Source of the DNA: Callorhinchus milii
Taxonomy: Eukaryota
Reading direction: 5' to 3'
Assembly: GCF_018977255.1 (NCBI RefSeq)
Contig: NW_024704773.1
Location: 806,001-870,000 of the forward strand
DNA length: 64,000 nt
Numbering within the stretch: position 1 is the first letter of the stretch; the number at the start of each line of letters is the position of its first letter. The notes below the pieces were generated by a model. That model was not told the origin of the DNA. It searched no databases and worked only from the letters and a program-made list of their open reading frames with translations. Positions 26,706 through 39,572 of this stretch are shown piece after piece. The position numbers were made by a program, and so were the translations under genes.

Positions 26706-27339
26706 TCTTAGACTGTGCAAAAGACTTCCATTGCCAGCTCCTTTCTACAACATGCTCTTGGTCTGTGAGTAAACTGACTTTACTTATCTTTTTTGCACAT
26801 GGTCCTCTCATGCTGAAAGTCATTATGTTCAGAAAGATGGAATTTAGTTTAGTTTTGTACCATACCAAAATTACAAACCTCTATAAAAACCCTATGGGTT
26901 AAATATTCAGTGAATTATGCGATAACTTTCCGTTGTCATTGTTCACAAGGCAATAAATATCTCCCTTGCTGGATCATAAGCCAAGCCTGCAGGCATTTAA
27001 TCAAAGTTGGGTAGATCTTTATTGCCAAGGACACGTAGGATAAATGGAGGTTACTGTTTATGTACTATATTTTCAGAAACTGAAGATTTAACTATGCAAG
27101 ATCTGAAAATACTGAGGAAATTATAAATGTAAAGTTAGGAACTTGGTAAATCCTATCACAATTTATTTTTGTCAATGATTTTGTCAATANTTTTTATAAT
27201 AATAATAATCCTTGCATTTGATATAGCACTTTTTACGTCTTCTAGACGTCTCAAAACGCTTCACAGAAACGCGGCAGCCAATTGCACACAGCATTGTCCC
27301 ACAAACAGTCGTGGATTGAAGTGACCAATTTTTTTTCTT

Positions 27340-27520
27340 GAGGGATTATTATTATTATTAATAATGTTTTACCATTCATTAATGACTTGTTACTATTATT
27401 ATTAGGGATTATTATTATTATTAATTATTATTAATAATTTTTAGCCATTCGTTAATGACTTATTAGTAGGGATTATTATTAATTATTATAAATTTTTTAC
27501 CATTCGTTAATGACTTGGTA
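27340..27520. repeat. AT-rich imperfect tandem repeat, three units
   Basis: Unit agggattattatt...ttt(t)a(g)ccattc(a/g)ttaatgactt occurs three times. Confidence 0.8.
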
Positions 27521-28102
27521 ACCCTCTCCCCTATGCACCCGCTGGCACAAACACACACTTACACATACATTGAGATTGGCTATTTTTGTGTCATTGAATG
27601 CAGCCGTGAACTTTTCCAGCAATCGGCCTAATGGAATGTAACATCCATGCTGCAGTGCCTGCAAGTACCAGAGTGGAGAGCAAGCTGCTCCAGGCAGTCT
27701 ATTCTTCTGCTTCACTTTGGGACCTGGGCAGGTGTTTGATACAAGAATTCCCTCAGACAATTGTAAGGGTGTTTGTGGAGGGATAACCACCCAATAAATG
27801 TAAATTACTGTGTGTGATAGTCAGCTGATGTACATCACAGATATTGGGTACAGGATCTCTTATCAAGTTTGATCATCACCCTCATCTGCTGATATAGAGC
27901 TGATCAGTAGAGCGTCTAGGAATAGCCCATCATCTGCCACTCTCACCTACCAAATATACAATCACACCATATTCTGTGAAGCACATTGAGACGTGCTCCC
28001 AATGTGAAATGTGCCACATCAGATGCAAGGATTATTAATATTATTATAATGGTTGTCTGCCTTCTTGCTGGTAGGAGGCATGTGCTGCCAAAGGACCAAT
28101 AA

Positions 28103-28292
28103 TAAGAACATAAGAATTTAGGAGCAGGAGTAGGCCATTCGGCCCCTCGAGCCGGCCCTGCCATTCGATAAGATCATGGCTGATCTTCTGACCTAACTCT
28201 AATTACCTGCCCTATCCCCATATCCCCTAATCGCACTATTTTTTAGAAATCTATCAGTCTCAGCCTTGAAAATGTTCAAGGACTGAGCATCT
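28103..28292 (-). mobile_element. CR1 3' end
   Basis: aagaacataagaatttaggagcaggagtaggccattcggcccctcgagcc, the reverse complement of a CR1 tail (tatgttctt). Confidence 0.85.
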
Positions 28293-28821
28293 AGTCCTCA
28301 AGGACTGAACATAATGGGAGCATGGATGACGACAATCTACAAAGGTAAAGGCAAAAACAAAAAGTCAGGCTTCAAATACACGAGTTAGCCATCCAGGTGA
28401 TGTGACAATGCTCTGAATGTAATTCTGTAGCTATTTTCAGAAGACCACAGAAGTGCTTTTAAAAAGGAAAGCACAATGAACTTACAAAACACAGAGAGAG
28501 AGGGGGAGGATGATGCCAGCCTTAGCAGGAAGTTTGACCATCTTTGGCCACATGTGTGGGGAATGAGATTCTCTATTGTAAGATGGCAAATTTCAGCATG
28601 TGTCAGATCTTTGCCCTCTTTAGAAAAAGGTATTCAAAAAAACTATGTCCCTGACACATGTGGAAACTCATCACTATGCTTAAGTCCAAACCAAACTGAG
28701 AGTTCAATGTATCCCAACTACACATGGAAATCTCAGAGCAAAAAAAAAACAATCCTGTAAGAGTTCAATAACAACTTTAAAGAGAGAAGTAGATAATTAT
28801 TTGGGGAGGACAAGTTTGCAG

Positions 28822-29255
28822 GCTATGGGGCGACCGAAGCCAAAGTCGAAGAGGAGGGTCTTAAGGTGGGTTTTAAAGGAGGCAAGGAAGGGGGTGAGGT
28901 GGAGGGACTGTGGGATGGAGTTCCAGAGGTGGGGACAGAGAGGCTGAAGGCCCGCCCACCAATGGTGGGGCGGGCAAGATGGGGTTCTTGAAGCAGGCCA
29001 GAGCCTGCTGAGCGGAGGGAGCGGGCAGGTTGGTAGGGGGCTAGGAGGTCACACAAGTAGGGGGAGCAAAGCCATGTAGGGCCTTGAAGGTAAGGACCAG
29101 GATCTTGAACTGTATCCTCTGTGTGATGGGAAGCCAGTGGAGTCGGGTGAGGATTGGGGTGATAGGGTCACGGAGCCTGGTGCAAGAGAGGACATGGGCT
29201 GCAGAGTTCTGGATGATCTGCAGCCTGTGGGGGGAGGAGTTGGGGAGGCCAACCC
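28822..29255 (-). mobile_element. L2 LINE ORF2 3' fragment
   Basis: Reads ...DLLAPYQPARSLRSAGSGLLQEPHLARPTIGGRAFS...; homologous to 35200-36005 and 56700-57370. Confidence 0.9.
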
Positions 29256-30414
29256 ATAATCATGCTTAAGAGTGTTCAAACTGCTGAGACTTCCACATAT
29301 GCATGGAGATATTCCTGGAATGCTGACTCTCTCCTCAGAGGGACACATCCTGCTCACCTAATCCCAGAAAGTATCAGGCACAGGCTGGATAGAACTAAAA
29401 CTTGGGCACTCCAGAATATGCATTGGGATACTCCTGAAGATTAACCAATGAACACTGGTAAGCTTTTTGCTGCTTGTCCAGCTAGGACCGCACTACTCAT
29501 TAATTTGATGCTTTGGCTTGTAGAGTGAATAGGAGCCAAGTGGGTGACAGCGACTGATTTGCCTCTTGAAACCTCATCAGTGTGACAACAGCAGTGTCTT
29601 GGAGTACATTAATACCATGGAACAACAGAATTGAATATGTTCTTTCACAAGAGATAGCAACAGATCAGAAACACTAGGCATTGCCAAAGTTCTGTCCGCT
29701 ATATTTAATATCATGCTCCAACTAGTGTTGAGTTTCTGGGACATTAATCAATGTTACTGTGGTGCATTGCTGCATTGCTGTAGTTGAAGTAAATTGAACT
29801 CCAATTACTCAGGAATTAAGTTTGTCTTCTGAGGGTTATTTGATGGTGCCAATAATTTTTTGCTACTGTAAGTACATCTGCTGGGAGTTGAGTACAAATG
29901 AATGCTTTGCAGCACAGAATTTTAATTGAGTATTGTAAATGATGTTAAGCCAGATGGTAATGCAGAAATGATTACATGTCCATGACAAGAAGTGGCTATT
30001 GGCACCAAGCTCTGTTATGCAGAGGTCATTCGAGAATAGTGTGGAGTGGTTCAATGCAAAATGCAATGAGTTTCTTCCTCTGACAAATGTCTGCAGGAAC
30101 CAAGAACATTGTACTGAATCCATCACAACCAGGAGCATGCCAGTCAGTTCCTGAGAGACACCGAAGTGTCATTTGAAGGTACAATGAAAAGCAAACATGC
30201 TGTAGCAAATGTTTGAAAAAGTGAATCCTTGCTTTCAGTGCACATAGCAATGAGTCTTTGCTAATAATAAAAATGGCAGTAACTTGGCTAATAATGAACC
30301 ACAATAACAACAGCAATTTGCATTTATATGTAATGTAACATCTCCGAGCACTTTGCAGAGACAATGTCTGGCATTGGGGTGGGGTGTGTGTGGGGAGAGG
30401 GGAGGTCACCTTCA

Positions 30415-31117
30415 TGTTAGAATTTACACTTTTTGTATAATGTTAGAATCATAATAATGTTGCAAACGGGTTAACTTTTAAGTTAAGTGTTGGGGGGGCA
30501 ACTGGACTGAAACTCATGAGTTTACACCCAAGATCACGTGAGTGTCTCAAGGACAAGATGTGTACTACTGCCCAGCACGTACACAAGATAATGGACTGTC
30601 TCAAGGACAGTGTGTTTGTGTGTGTGAGGCACACAAACCCTAACCTCATGAGATGTTCACGTGAACCCAGCATGATTTCGGCAGGTGATCTAATGTCCGC
30701 ACCATGATTGGATGAACATCGGTATAAGAGTTCCATTAACTTTGTGAACGGTGCCATCCCGGGTCGCGGAGACAAGGATATGAGAGATGGGGCCATCCCG
30801 GGCCGCAGAGACAAGGATACGGTAGATGGAGAAGGACCTTGGAGAGTGAGACAACACTAGGAGGACTGAGGATATTGGATGGAAGATTGAAAGTTGTAAG
30901 CAAGAAGACTGAAAGCATGAAGAATCAAGCTTGTGTGCTGTAAAGACACAGTGTTGAACTCGAGGTATCTACGGTGGTATTGTTCTGTTATAAGATCTGT
31001 TGATTGTACCGGCCTTTGGTCTGACCCATCGGGATATTGGGGAATAACGAACGAATAATAATAAAACAGTCTGATATCCGGTTGCAAACAGATTATGGCT
31101 GATTTTATTTTCTAACA
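30415..31117 (+). mobile_element. Solo LTR (Gypsy or ERV type)
   Basis: Ends TGTTAGAA...TTCTAACA (8-bp inverted termini, TG..CA); exact 4-bp TSD TTCA at 30411-30414 and 31118-31121; AATAAA at 31060; 39-bp internal tandem duplication. Confidence 0.8.
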
Positions 31118-31634
31118 TTCAGCACAGTCAGAGGTAGGTTTTTAGGCCGTTTTTGAAGATAAAAAGAATTGGAGGGGCTGAGGGAGGGAGCCTGTGCTTG
31201 TCGGATGTCAAATGACCAACTAGTAACTATCCTCCTTGCTGGGTCCCATGAGAGCTGAACTGGCTTGGCAGCTTGGAAACTGAATTGTGGAATCGAGTCA
31301 TTCCTATATGACAGTGTCTATAGTCCAGTTCTTGAGCCAGACAGGTCCACAATATTCCAGGCCACTGCTAATGATAGACCAGTCACCCTGGCTCATTGGT
31401 AGGATTTAGAAAGGCAGCCTCCTTCACTTACAGAGCCAGAAAGATAGACTGATATTCAGTGAGAACTGAACGAGAGTCATTAACACATTTAGAGGGAAAG
31501 AGAGAAAGAATGTCAAATATGGAAAGTGAGAGAAAGAGAAAGAGGGACCGAGACATACAGAAGAGAGTCTGACAGAAAGCGAGAAATGAAATAAAACTAC
31601 TAAATGATTTGTGTGTGTGGGGCGGGGTACAGAC

Positions 31635-31930
31635 AATAATAATAATAATAATTCTTGTATTTGATATAGCGCTGTATTACATCTTTGAGACATCTCAAAG
31701 CACTTCAGAAAACATGCTGTAAAGTGTACTGATTGTATATTTTGTGGGCGAAATGTGGCAGACAATTTTTTTTTGAAAATTTAAAAAATTATTACCCCCG
31801 GAAAAGTGACCCGCCAATCAACTAACAACCAGGTTCCTACTTACTGCTGGGTAAACAGAGGCATGGGAATTGAACTCAGATTTCTCACTTGCAAAGCAAG
31901 TGCTCTAACCACTGAGTTACAGGATGCCAC
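31635..31930 (-). mobile_element. Young SINE, long subfamily, internally deleted
   Basis: (aat)n tail, ttcctacttactgctgggtaaacagagg internal segment, tRNA-like head. Confidence 0.8.
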
Positions 31931-33244
31931 AAAGAGGGAGAGAGAGGGAGACAGAAAACTACGCAGCGACGGACTTTGCTACTTTTTATTATCTTTTTTA
32001 ATATAATCCTGAAATCCTGGGATTTTCTTCTATAAATCTTGGAATTTTGGGAGAACCATTATAATATGGGATCTCAGGATCTGGGGTTTCGTGGGATTGC
32101 AACCCCTAACCTGGATAAAGACATAAAGAAGTGCAAGGAGTCACCACCACCAACAACAATAACAACAAATTACAGTTGTATAGCATCTTTCATGTAGGCA
32201 GGACGTCCCAAGGCGCTGGACAGTCAAGCATTGGACAGACAGACACCAGACAGATTTAACAGCTTTTACTTTTCACCAAGCACAGCAGTTCAGTCTCAAA
32301 CACTTTGGTGTTTAAAAAGTATCATAACGTCCTGAACTATTTATGTGTTAGGGTTTGTTTCTAATGCTTTGATTAAGTGCCAGAAATCATAAAGCATGTT
32401 ATCAGTTAATATTAACATGCCATTATGGTATGAAATATTCTTCAGCAATTTCAGGACTGTGTATTTAAAAAGCACGTCTTGTGTATCAATAACAATAATG
32501 CAGGATTTTATTTTCCATCCAAAGAAGATTAAGCCAGTGCAGACTCATAAATCAGTCAAAATGTATTTGCAGTAGCTTATTATGAGCCTATTTCCATTCA
32601 TATGTTAAGGTTTAAAGAAGATTTTGTGAATTAGCTCCTAAACGTTAAACCTACAGTACTACAGTTTGGAAGCAAGCGTCAAGTATATCAGTAATGTTGC
32701 CGTTACTGTTGAATCTGATGCGTTTCCCTTCAAATTTAAAAGAAAGCATGGAGCTCTTCACATCTTCTCGTTTGGATAGAGTTGCATAAGACTTGGGAGT
32801 TAGGTATTCATGAATTATTCATTAATTAGTATGGAGGACATTAGAGGGTCAAAATTGCATAAGCTGCGTGTGATAAGCCAGAGGCCTCCTGGATCTCTGT
32901 GAGTGTGTGTGTGTCTGAGTGTGGAGACTCCTGATTTGCAGGCAAACTGTATAAATTGTATAAAATCCAATTTAATCAATAATCTGTGCTGCTCGTGCCT
33001 AATTCAATGCAGCTGGTAAGTGTGTTGTCAGGTCAGAACATCATTTCACACGATTCAATGCAGCTGGTAAATGCAGGACTAATGGAGGGTAGGAGAGCCG
33101 GGTATAAGTTAGGAGATGATTAATACAACTACTGTAAAGAAATCTAAGTGGTTTTGATAGGAAACTGAATGACACTCAGGTCGATGTACCACTTAGGCAA
33201 TTATACGCTTTATAAAGGTAAGATTTGTATGAGTTTTACTGTAG

Positions 33245-33560
33245 TAATGATAATAATCCTTGCTTTGATATAGCACCTTATCATGTCTTCGAGATGTCTC
33301 AAAGCTCTTCACAGGATATACTGTAAAGTGTAGTGACTGTGTATTTTGTGGGTGAAATGCGGCAGCCAATTGCTCACAGCAGTGTCCCACAAACAGTCGG
33401 GGATTGAGTGACCAAATTATTATTATTATTTCTTTAGTAGGGATTATTACCCCCAGAAAGCGATCCGCCAACCCACTCACAAACGGGTTCCTACTTACTG
33501 CCAGGTAAACAGAGATATTTCCTTACAGTTGTAAGGAAATTTGCCTGAGGTTTCGCTCCA
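33245..33560 (-). mobile_element. Young SINE, long subfamily, 5' truncated
   Basis: Shared tail and body plus the internal segment. Confidence 0.8.
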
Positions 33561-34474
33561 TATTAATTTGGTGACAGTTTGATTTGATCTCTGCACAAAT
33601 AACACATTTATTTTAATTCCCAAAGTGATATCAGTGGTTTGTTCATGGCTACAAACACCACCATCTCTCTCAATGTATGATTCAACATCGTTCTTGAACC
33701 ATGAGTGGATAGCTCATACATGTCTGTATTACCACATCCACTGAGCCATTAAAATGCCCGAAGTACAGTAAACTTAAAATGATGCAATTTGCGATGTTGG
33801 CAAATAAAGGGCACAGAACATGTTGAATGAGGAAATTCAAAACTACCTTACATATACTGTCAATGTACTTGTACTCCCTAAACTCCACCACAATCACACA
33901 TTTGCACATTATTCAAACCATACCTCATTTCAACACTTATATACCCACATAACTTTCTTACACAATTATTTAGCTTTAAAAATGTAAGTGTGGGTTTGTC
34001 CAGGCTCTTTCAATTGGTGGTGATGCCACACTTTTTAAAACATTGAAACTTGTATGTTTATCGTGCCTTATAACATTCAAACATCTCAAAACATTTTTAC
34101 ACTAGTTTCTGTTAGGGATCATGATTGCTTTTGTTGGCAGACGTGGCAACTAATTTTCACACAGCAAGATCCCACGAACAGCCATTCATTTATCTGGAAA
34201 ATTATTAGCCAGGAGGAACCTCCTTCTCTTTTTAAATTGTGTCATGGATCCTTAGTGTCCACTTGAACAGGCAAATAGGACCTCAGTTTAACACCTCACC
34301 GAAGGACAACACTTCTGACAATGCAGTGCTTTCCCAACACTGCATGAAGTTTCAGTTTATACCATGATCTTAAATGCCAATGATCTTGGCTTTTCACTCA
34401 CTATGTCAAACAACAACACTAACTTGCATTTATATATAGGCCCCTTCACGCTGATAACATCTCAGAGAATTGAA

Positions 34475-34900
34475 AACAGTGTGAGCCAGCAATGAAGAAG
34501 GCAAACAGAATATTGCCAAGTCAGTTGATTTCAGATCCCCAAAAGTCATACTCCAGCTGTATAATGTTCTGGTCAGGCTAGACATCGAGTCTGGCATACA
34601 GTACTGGTGACCACAACATAAGGTGGCTGTCGAGAGGCAGTGTAGAGGAGAGAAACAAGAATGATCCTTGTTGTTAGAGGAATGTACTATGAACAACAAA
34701 TCTACAAGCCAAGGCTTTTCAGTTTTGAAAGCTGTTTCAGAGGGGCCCTGATATAGATATATAAGATTTTAAATGGAGTTGAGAAAGTAAACACAAAACA
34801 ATACTTTCAGATATACGGTTACAGCAGAACAGGTTTAGGGTGGCAGAGGGCAATGTCAGGACAGCAACCAGGAAGTATTTCTTTACCCAGAGGTATAGGT
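34475..34900 (+). mobile_element. CR1 ORF2 3' fragment, degraded
   Basis: aaacagtgtgagccagcaatgaagaaggcaaacagaat (QC..A.KKANR) then LQLYNVLVR; homologous to 37240-37700 and 50180-50540. Confidence 0.75.
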
Positions 34901-35200
34901 GTTGAAAATATTTAAAACAAATTCTGAATGTTATTGACAGCTAGATTTGTATTAGAATATAAATTTATAAATGCCCATTCTTAAATGCAACTTTTCATTA
35001 TCCTTTAGCTTTCAATTTTAATTTGATATTTTGATATTTTATATAATTGCAAAGGAATCCTTTGAAAAGGTAGTTTCATTTTTCCACATTGTTCTGGCAA
35101 TGAACTACCTAACTAAAACAAGTAAATCATGTTATTCATAAATAGGTATAATGCTTTCCTCAATAGGTGTTATTAAAAAATACACATCTTGTTGTACAAA

Positions 35201-36005
35201 ACATAACAACAACAAGATTTCATTTACAGAGCGGCTTTCACGTCGGGAGGACGTCCCAAGGCGCTGGACAGTTGGGTCAGGACCCGAGCCTTGGGGGGAA
35301 ATGGTCAGGGTGAGGGGAGGGAAGGGAGGGAGCGAGGAGGGGGTAGAGAGTCGAGAGGGGAGCTGAAGGCACGGTCAAAGAGAAAGGTCTTGAGACTGGC
35401 CTTGAAGGAGGAAAGGGAGGAGGCGGCGAAGGCACTGAGGGATAGAGTTCCAGAGCCTCGGGGCTGAGAGGCTGAAGGCCCGGCCACCGATGGTAGGGCG
35501 GTTGGGGCGGGGGACGTGGAGCAGACCGGAGCCGGAGGAACGGAGGGTACGGCCAGGTAGGTAGGGGGATAGTAGGTCGGAGAGGTAGGAGGAGCAAGGC
35601 CGTGAATGGCCTTGTAGGTGAGGATGAGGATCTTGAATTTGATCCTCTGGGGGATGGGGAGCCAGTGGAGGTGAGCGAGGGTGGGAGTGATGTGGTCCTG
35701 GTGCGGGACAGTACACGAGCTGCAGAGTTCTGAATGACCTGCAGCTTGTGGAGGGAGGTGGCGGGAAGGCCGGCGAGGAGAGAGTTCCCGTAGTCCAGCC
35801 TTGAGGTGATAAAGGCGTGGACCAGAGTTTCAGCAGCGTGAGGGGTGAGGTAGTGCCGTAGTCTGGCGATGTTTCGGAGGTGATGGAAGGCGGTGCCAGT
35901 TGTGGCGCAGATATGAGGGAGAAAGGACAGCTCAGGGTCGAACAGAACCCCGAGGTTCCTGACTGGTTTTGAGAGGTGGAGAGTGCAGCCTTGGATGCTG
36001 ATAGG
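35201..36005 (-). mobile_element. L2 LINE, 5' truncated (~0.8 kb), relatively young
   Basis: Reads VRNLGVLFDPELSFLPHI...LVHAFITSRLDYGNSLLAGLP...HWLPIPQRIKFKILILTYKAIHG; complete 3' stem-loop and (ttg)n tail; CpG-rich. Confidence 0.93.
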
Positions 36006-36847
36006 TTGGATTATAAATGTTTTGCAGCAGAGTCAAACAAATTGAGCTTTCAGCTTATGTAATAGTCTATTCCAGACTGCAGTATAAAACAATCAATATT
36101 ATCTTGCATTTATTTGGCACGAAGATACTGGGCGCACAGTGAGCTAGCATATTGACTTTCCACTTATGGGACTGTTATAGGATTGATATAGGTTGAAACC
36201 TTTTTCTTCATTGCTGACTGCAAGCATCCTGTGTAAAATGAGGTTGGTGGGTTTGGTATCAATCTGTGGTATTGGTAATCTCAGTCAGAGAGCCCAAAAG
36301 AAAGTGGAAGAGTTTTAATACCCAATGCAAAATTTTGATCCACAAAATAACTTTGTTATTTTTAGCAGTTGAAATAAGATTGAATCATCAACATAAAGAA
36401 AACTTAATTTGTGAAAATCTCACCCCAATTGAGCTAATTTGCCATCAGTTTTTACTCAAAAAACTAGCTTTTCAAAAAACTCCTGAAAATAATTTCTTGT
36501 GTTATATATCGTTAGTTAAAAATACTTTTTATTTCAGGATTTTTTTACTTTATTCAATATGGATCAAAGTGTATCACAATGCAACATTGTTGTTTAAAGC
36601 AAGCCGCAATCTTATGTTAATCAGAATGAACTAACTAACAAATAAGGAGAATACCTTCTACTTTAATCTTTTACAGATAGTGTTTTTATGCAATATAGAG
36701 TCAATTCACTTCACATTCTGTGAAGAGCTTTGAGCCAAGGCGCTATATCAAATGCAAGGATTATTATTATTATTAACTCAGGTTGAATCTACAACTCGCC
36801 CTCAGTACTACAAGTAACGGAAAGGACTGAACCAGTGAATGGTAATG

Positions 36848-36866
36848 TAGTGCCCTCTACTGGTCA
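36848..36866 (-). promoter_or_regulatory. Candidate CTCF site
   Basis: Reverse strand TGACCAGTAGAGGGCACTA fits the CTCF core consensus CC[AG][CG][CT]AG[AG][GT]GGC[AG]. Confidence 0.6.
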
Positions 36867-37234
36867 AATAAAATATTGAAATCATACAGATATCTTCAAA
36901 ACAACAAATTACATTTGTAAAACGCCTTTCATGTTAGGAGGACGTCCCAAAGCTCTGAAACACGGAAACAAATCTTTTTCAGAAAAAAAAACCTCTGTAC
37001 CACTTTTTCATTTTCAAAAAAAATTGCATGCTACAAGAATAATCCAATTATCGAGTATTTTAATCATTTTACATTGTAAAATGTCAGTATAAGTTATAAG
37101 CCGTAGACTGTTTAATACAAATAAATGCAGGGAACTTCATATAGAAAACAAGTTTAGGTAATTTATACACTCCGTGGATGTGATAGAACTTGCCAAGGGG
37201 AACTCTGAAAGAGATCACTCACTATGTCAAAATA

Positions 37235-37832
37235 AAACAGTGTGAGGCAGCAATAAACAACACAAACAGAATGCTGGGCTATATTGCCAAATAATTGAGT
37301 TCACATCTCCAGAAGAGGGCTCTCCACACCCAGGCAATGCAGAGGAAAACAACAAGGATGATCCCCAGGGTTGTAGGAATGAGCTGGCGTAATGATAAGA
37401 CAAATTAGCTCTTTAGACTCGAAGGAGACAACTCTAAGAAGCCTTATTGAGGAACTTAATATTTAAAAAGGGATGGAAAATAAAGTAAACCCAGAACAGT
37501 ATTTTAGGATGGACCAAGACAGTAAAACAAGAGGACATAAGTTTAGAATCGCAAAGGACAATTTCAGAATCGACTCCAGAAAGTTTTTCTTCACACAGAG
37601 GTAATTAACAAACAAGTTACCAGAAAGGGTGGTTGGACCAGGACACTGGACTGATTTAAAAGCAACTTGCTGCTGTGATGGGAAGACAGTAGGGTTTATA
37701 TGACTGTTTAGTCCATGACCAATTATCTTATTAAGAAGTCACAAGATCATAAGATTGGTTTGGATGAAGATTTGAAGAATGAGATCCGATGGGCTCAGGC
37801 CTTTGTCATCCAAACCGATCTTATGATCTTGT
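37235..37832 (+). mobile_element. CR1 3' fragment with internal inverted duplication
   Basis: Includes TRGHKFRI...FRIDSRKFFFTQR; 3' tail tcatccaaaccgatcttatgatctt. Confidence 0.8.
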
Positions 37833-37932
37833 GACCACTCAATAAGATAATGGACCATGGACTGAACAGCACTATACAACAACAACTTGTTTTTTGGCTC
37901 TGGAATTATTTTGTGTTCTACCTCTTAGTTCC

Positions 37933-38253
37933 TGGAGTCCCTCAGCATAGTGGTTAGAGTGCTCACCTTGCAAGCGAGAGCACCCGGGTTCAATAACCTA
38001 GCAGGGCAAAACCATAGGCAAGTTTCCTTACTCCACACGCCTCTGTTTACCGAGCAGTAAGTAGGAATGCGGTTGCTGGTCGCTTGGTGGATCACTTTCC
38101 GGGGGTAAAAAATAATTGGTCACTCAATCCACAACTGTTTGTGGGACACTACTGTGAACAATTGGCTGCCGCGTTTCACCCACAAAATACACTTTGAGAC
38201 GTTGCAACGATGTGATAAGACGCTATTAAATTCAAGAAATATTATTATTATTA
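37933..38253 (+). mobile_element. Young SINE, long subfamily
   Basis: Complete head plus the internal ctctgtttaccgagcagtaagtagg...ctttccgggggtaa segment. Confidence 0.88.
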
Positions 38254-38589
38254 TGACTTGCAATTATATAGTACCCTTCAAGTGGGGTAGCGTCTTGGAG
38301 TACACACAGTACTTGTGAGTCTTCCGTGACAAATTCCTTTATGATAACACACGCACACACCGCACACACACACCGTGCGCACACACTCTCACAATCGCAC
38401 ACACGCAAGCCCAGAGACTCATTTCGTTTAACACAAAGTTTTTTCTACAAGTTTTTTTATCAACAAAATGTTCGAGTCTGACATTTAGGCCCAGAAGATT
38501 TTGAAGTTGGATTCTTGCCAGCAGTGTTGTGTTGTTCCATTTCTATAAACGTCAATCCATGTGGAACAAAGGCACTGCACAGGGTGAAA

Positions 38590-38800
38590 CTGGGAATATC
38601 AAGCTCATGGAGGGTTCGATTCCAGTTGGTGCTATGCTAGCTTTTCTCAACTAATGTGGTCATACAACTGGGGTACAACTGGTCAGAGTGGCTCTGAGCT
38701 CAAGAGGAGGAAAATCAGCCTGTGCTCCACTCCCACTGTATGGTGACCAATGAGCATGTAAGTTGAGTGAGGTCAGAATTAGAATCAGACCTCAAAAGTC
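38590..38800 (+). mobile_element. Ancient AmnSINE2-like SINE fragment
   Basis: gggttcgattcc B box followed by tacaactggtcagagtggctctgagct...gaggaaaatcagcc; related to 60500-60795 (+) and 42350-42490 (-). Confidence 0.5.
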
Positions 38801-39364
38801 CCCTGCCAAATGTTGGAAGGTATGAAAAAAGAATTGAGTCTCCTCTACCAGAGTAAAACAACAACTTGCATTTATGTGGCGACCTTCACGTGGGGGAAGT
38901 GTCTCATAGTGCTTAGAACATCTAAAATAGAAGATGGTTAGCTTTTTTTTAAAAAAGCAGCTTTGTTTGGATTTGAAGAAAGACCATTTTTATAGCACCT
39001 TACCACATCAAAATGTCTCAGAGCGCTTCACAAATAATTGTGTTTAACCAGTGATTATTAAACATGAGGTGAATGATTAATTCATGTGGAGGATTGTTGG
39101 CTAGGGCAAGTACCATCATATGATTGGATCAATACACCTGATTGTTTTTTAACCAGGTTAGACAAAAAAGGTTTTTAAAAATCCCTGAATTTGATTTGAC
39201 ACTTTATAACATTGAAACATCTCAAAACGCTTCACAGACTTTTCTGTAGCGACTATGTATTGGTAGATAAATATGGCAGTCATTTTTTGCACAGCATTGA
39301 CCCTCAATCAACCATGAAGTGAATGGTTAATTTTCTTTGACCATAAATATAAAATAATCACCAA

Positions 39365-39572
39365 TAAATCAAATAGCGAAGTCAGAAGAAACTTCTTTAC
39401 CCAGAGAGTAGTGGGAATGTGGAACTTTCTACCACAAGGAATAGTTGAGGCGAATAGAATAGATGCATTTAGGGGGAAGCTAGGTAAGTACATGAGGGTG
39501 AAAGGAATAGAGAGTTATGCTGACAGGCTTAGTTGAGGATTGGCAAGGAGGAGGCTCACGTGGAGCATAAAC
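39365..39572 (+). mobile_element. CR1 3' fragment
   Basis: Reads EVRRNFFTQRVVGMWNFLPQGIVEANRIDAFRGKLGKYM. Confidence 0.85.

Noticed and set aside
26312-26902. Overlapping ORFs with recurrent RLFVGHCC / KDYYYY / ARIIII peptides found across the window
   Set aside because: Translations of the shared SINE tail in different frames; not a peptide gene family
32005-32109. Possible MITE end with repeated gggat motifs (gggattgcaacccctaa)
   Set aside because: No matching opposite terminus or TSD found
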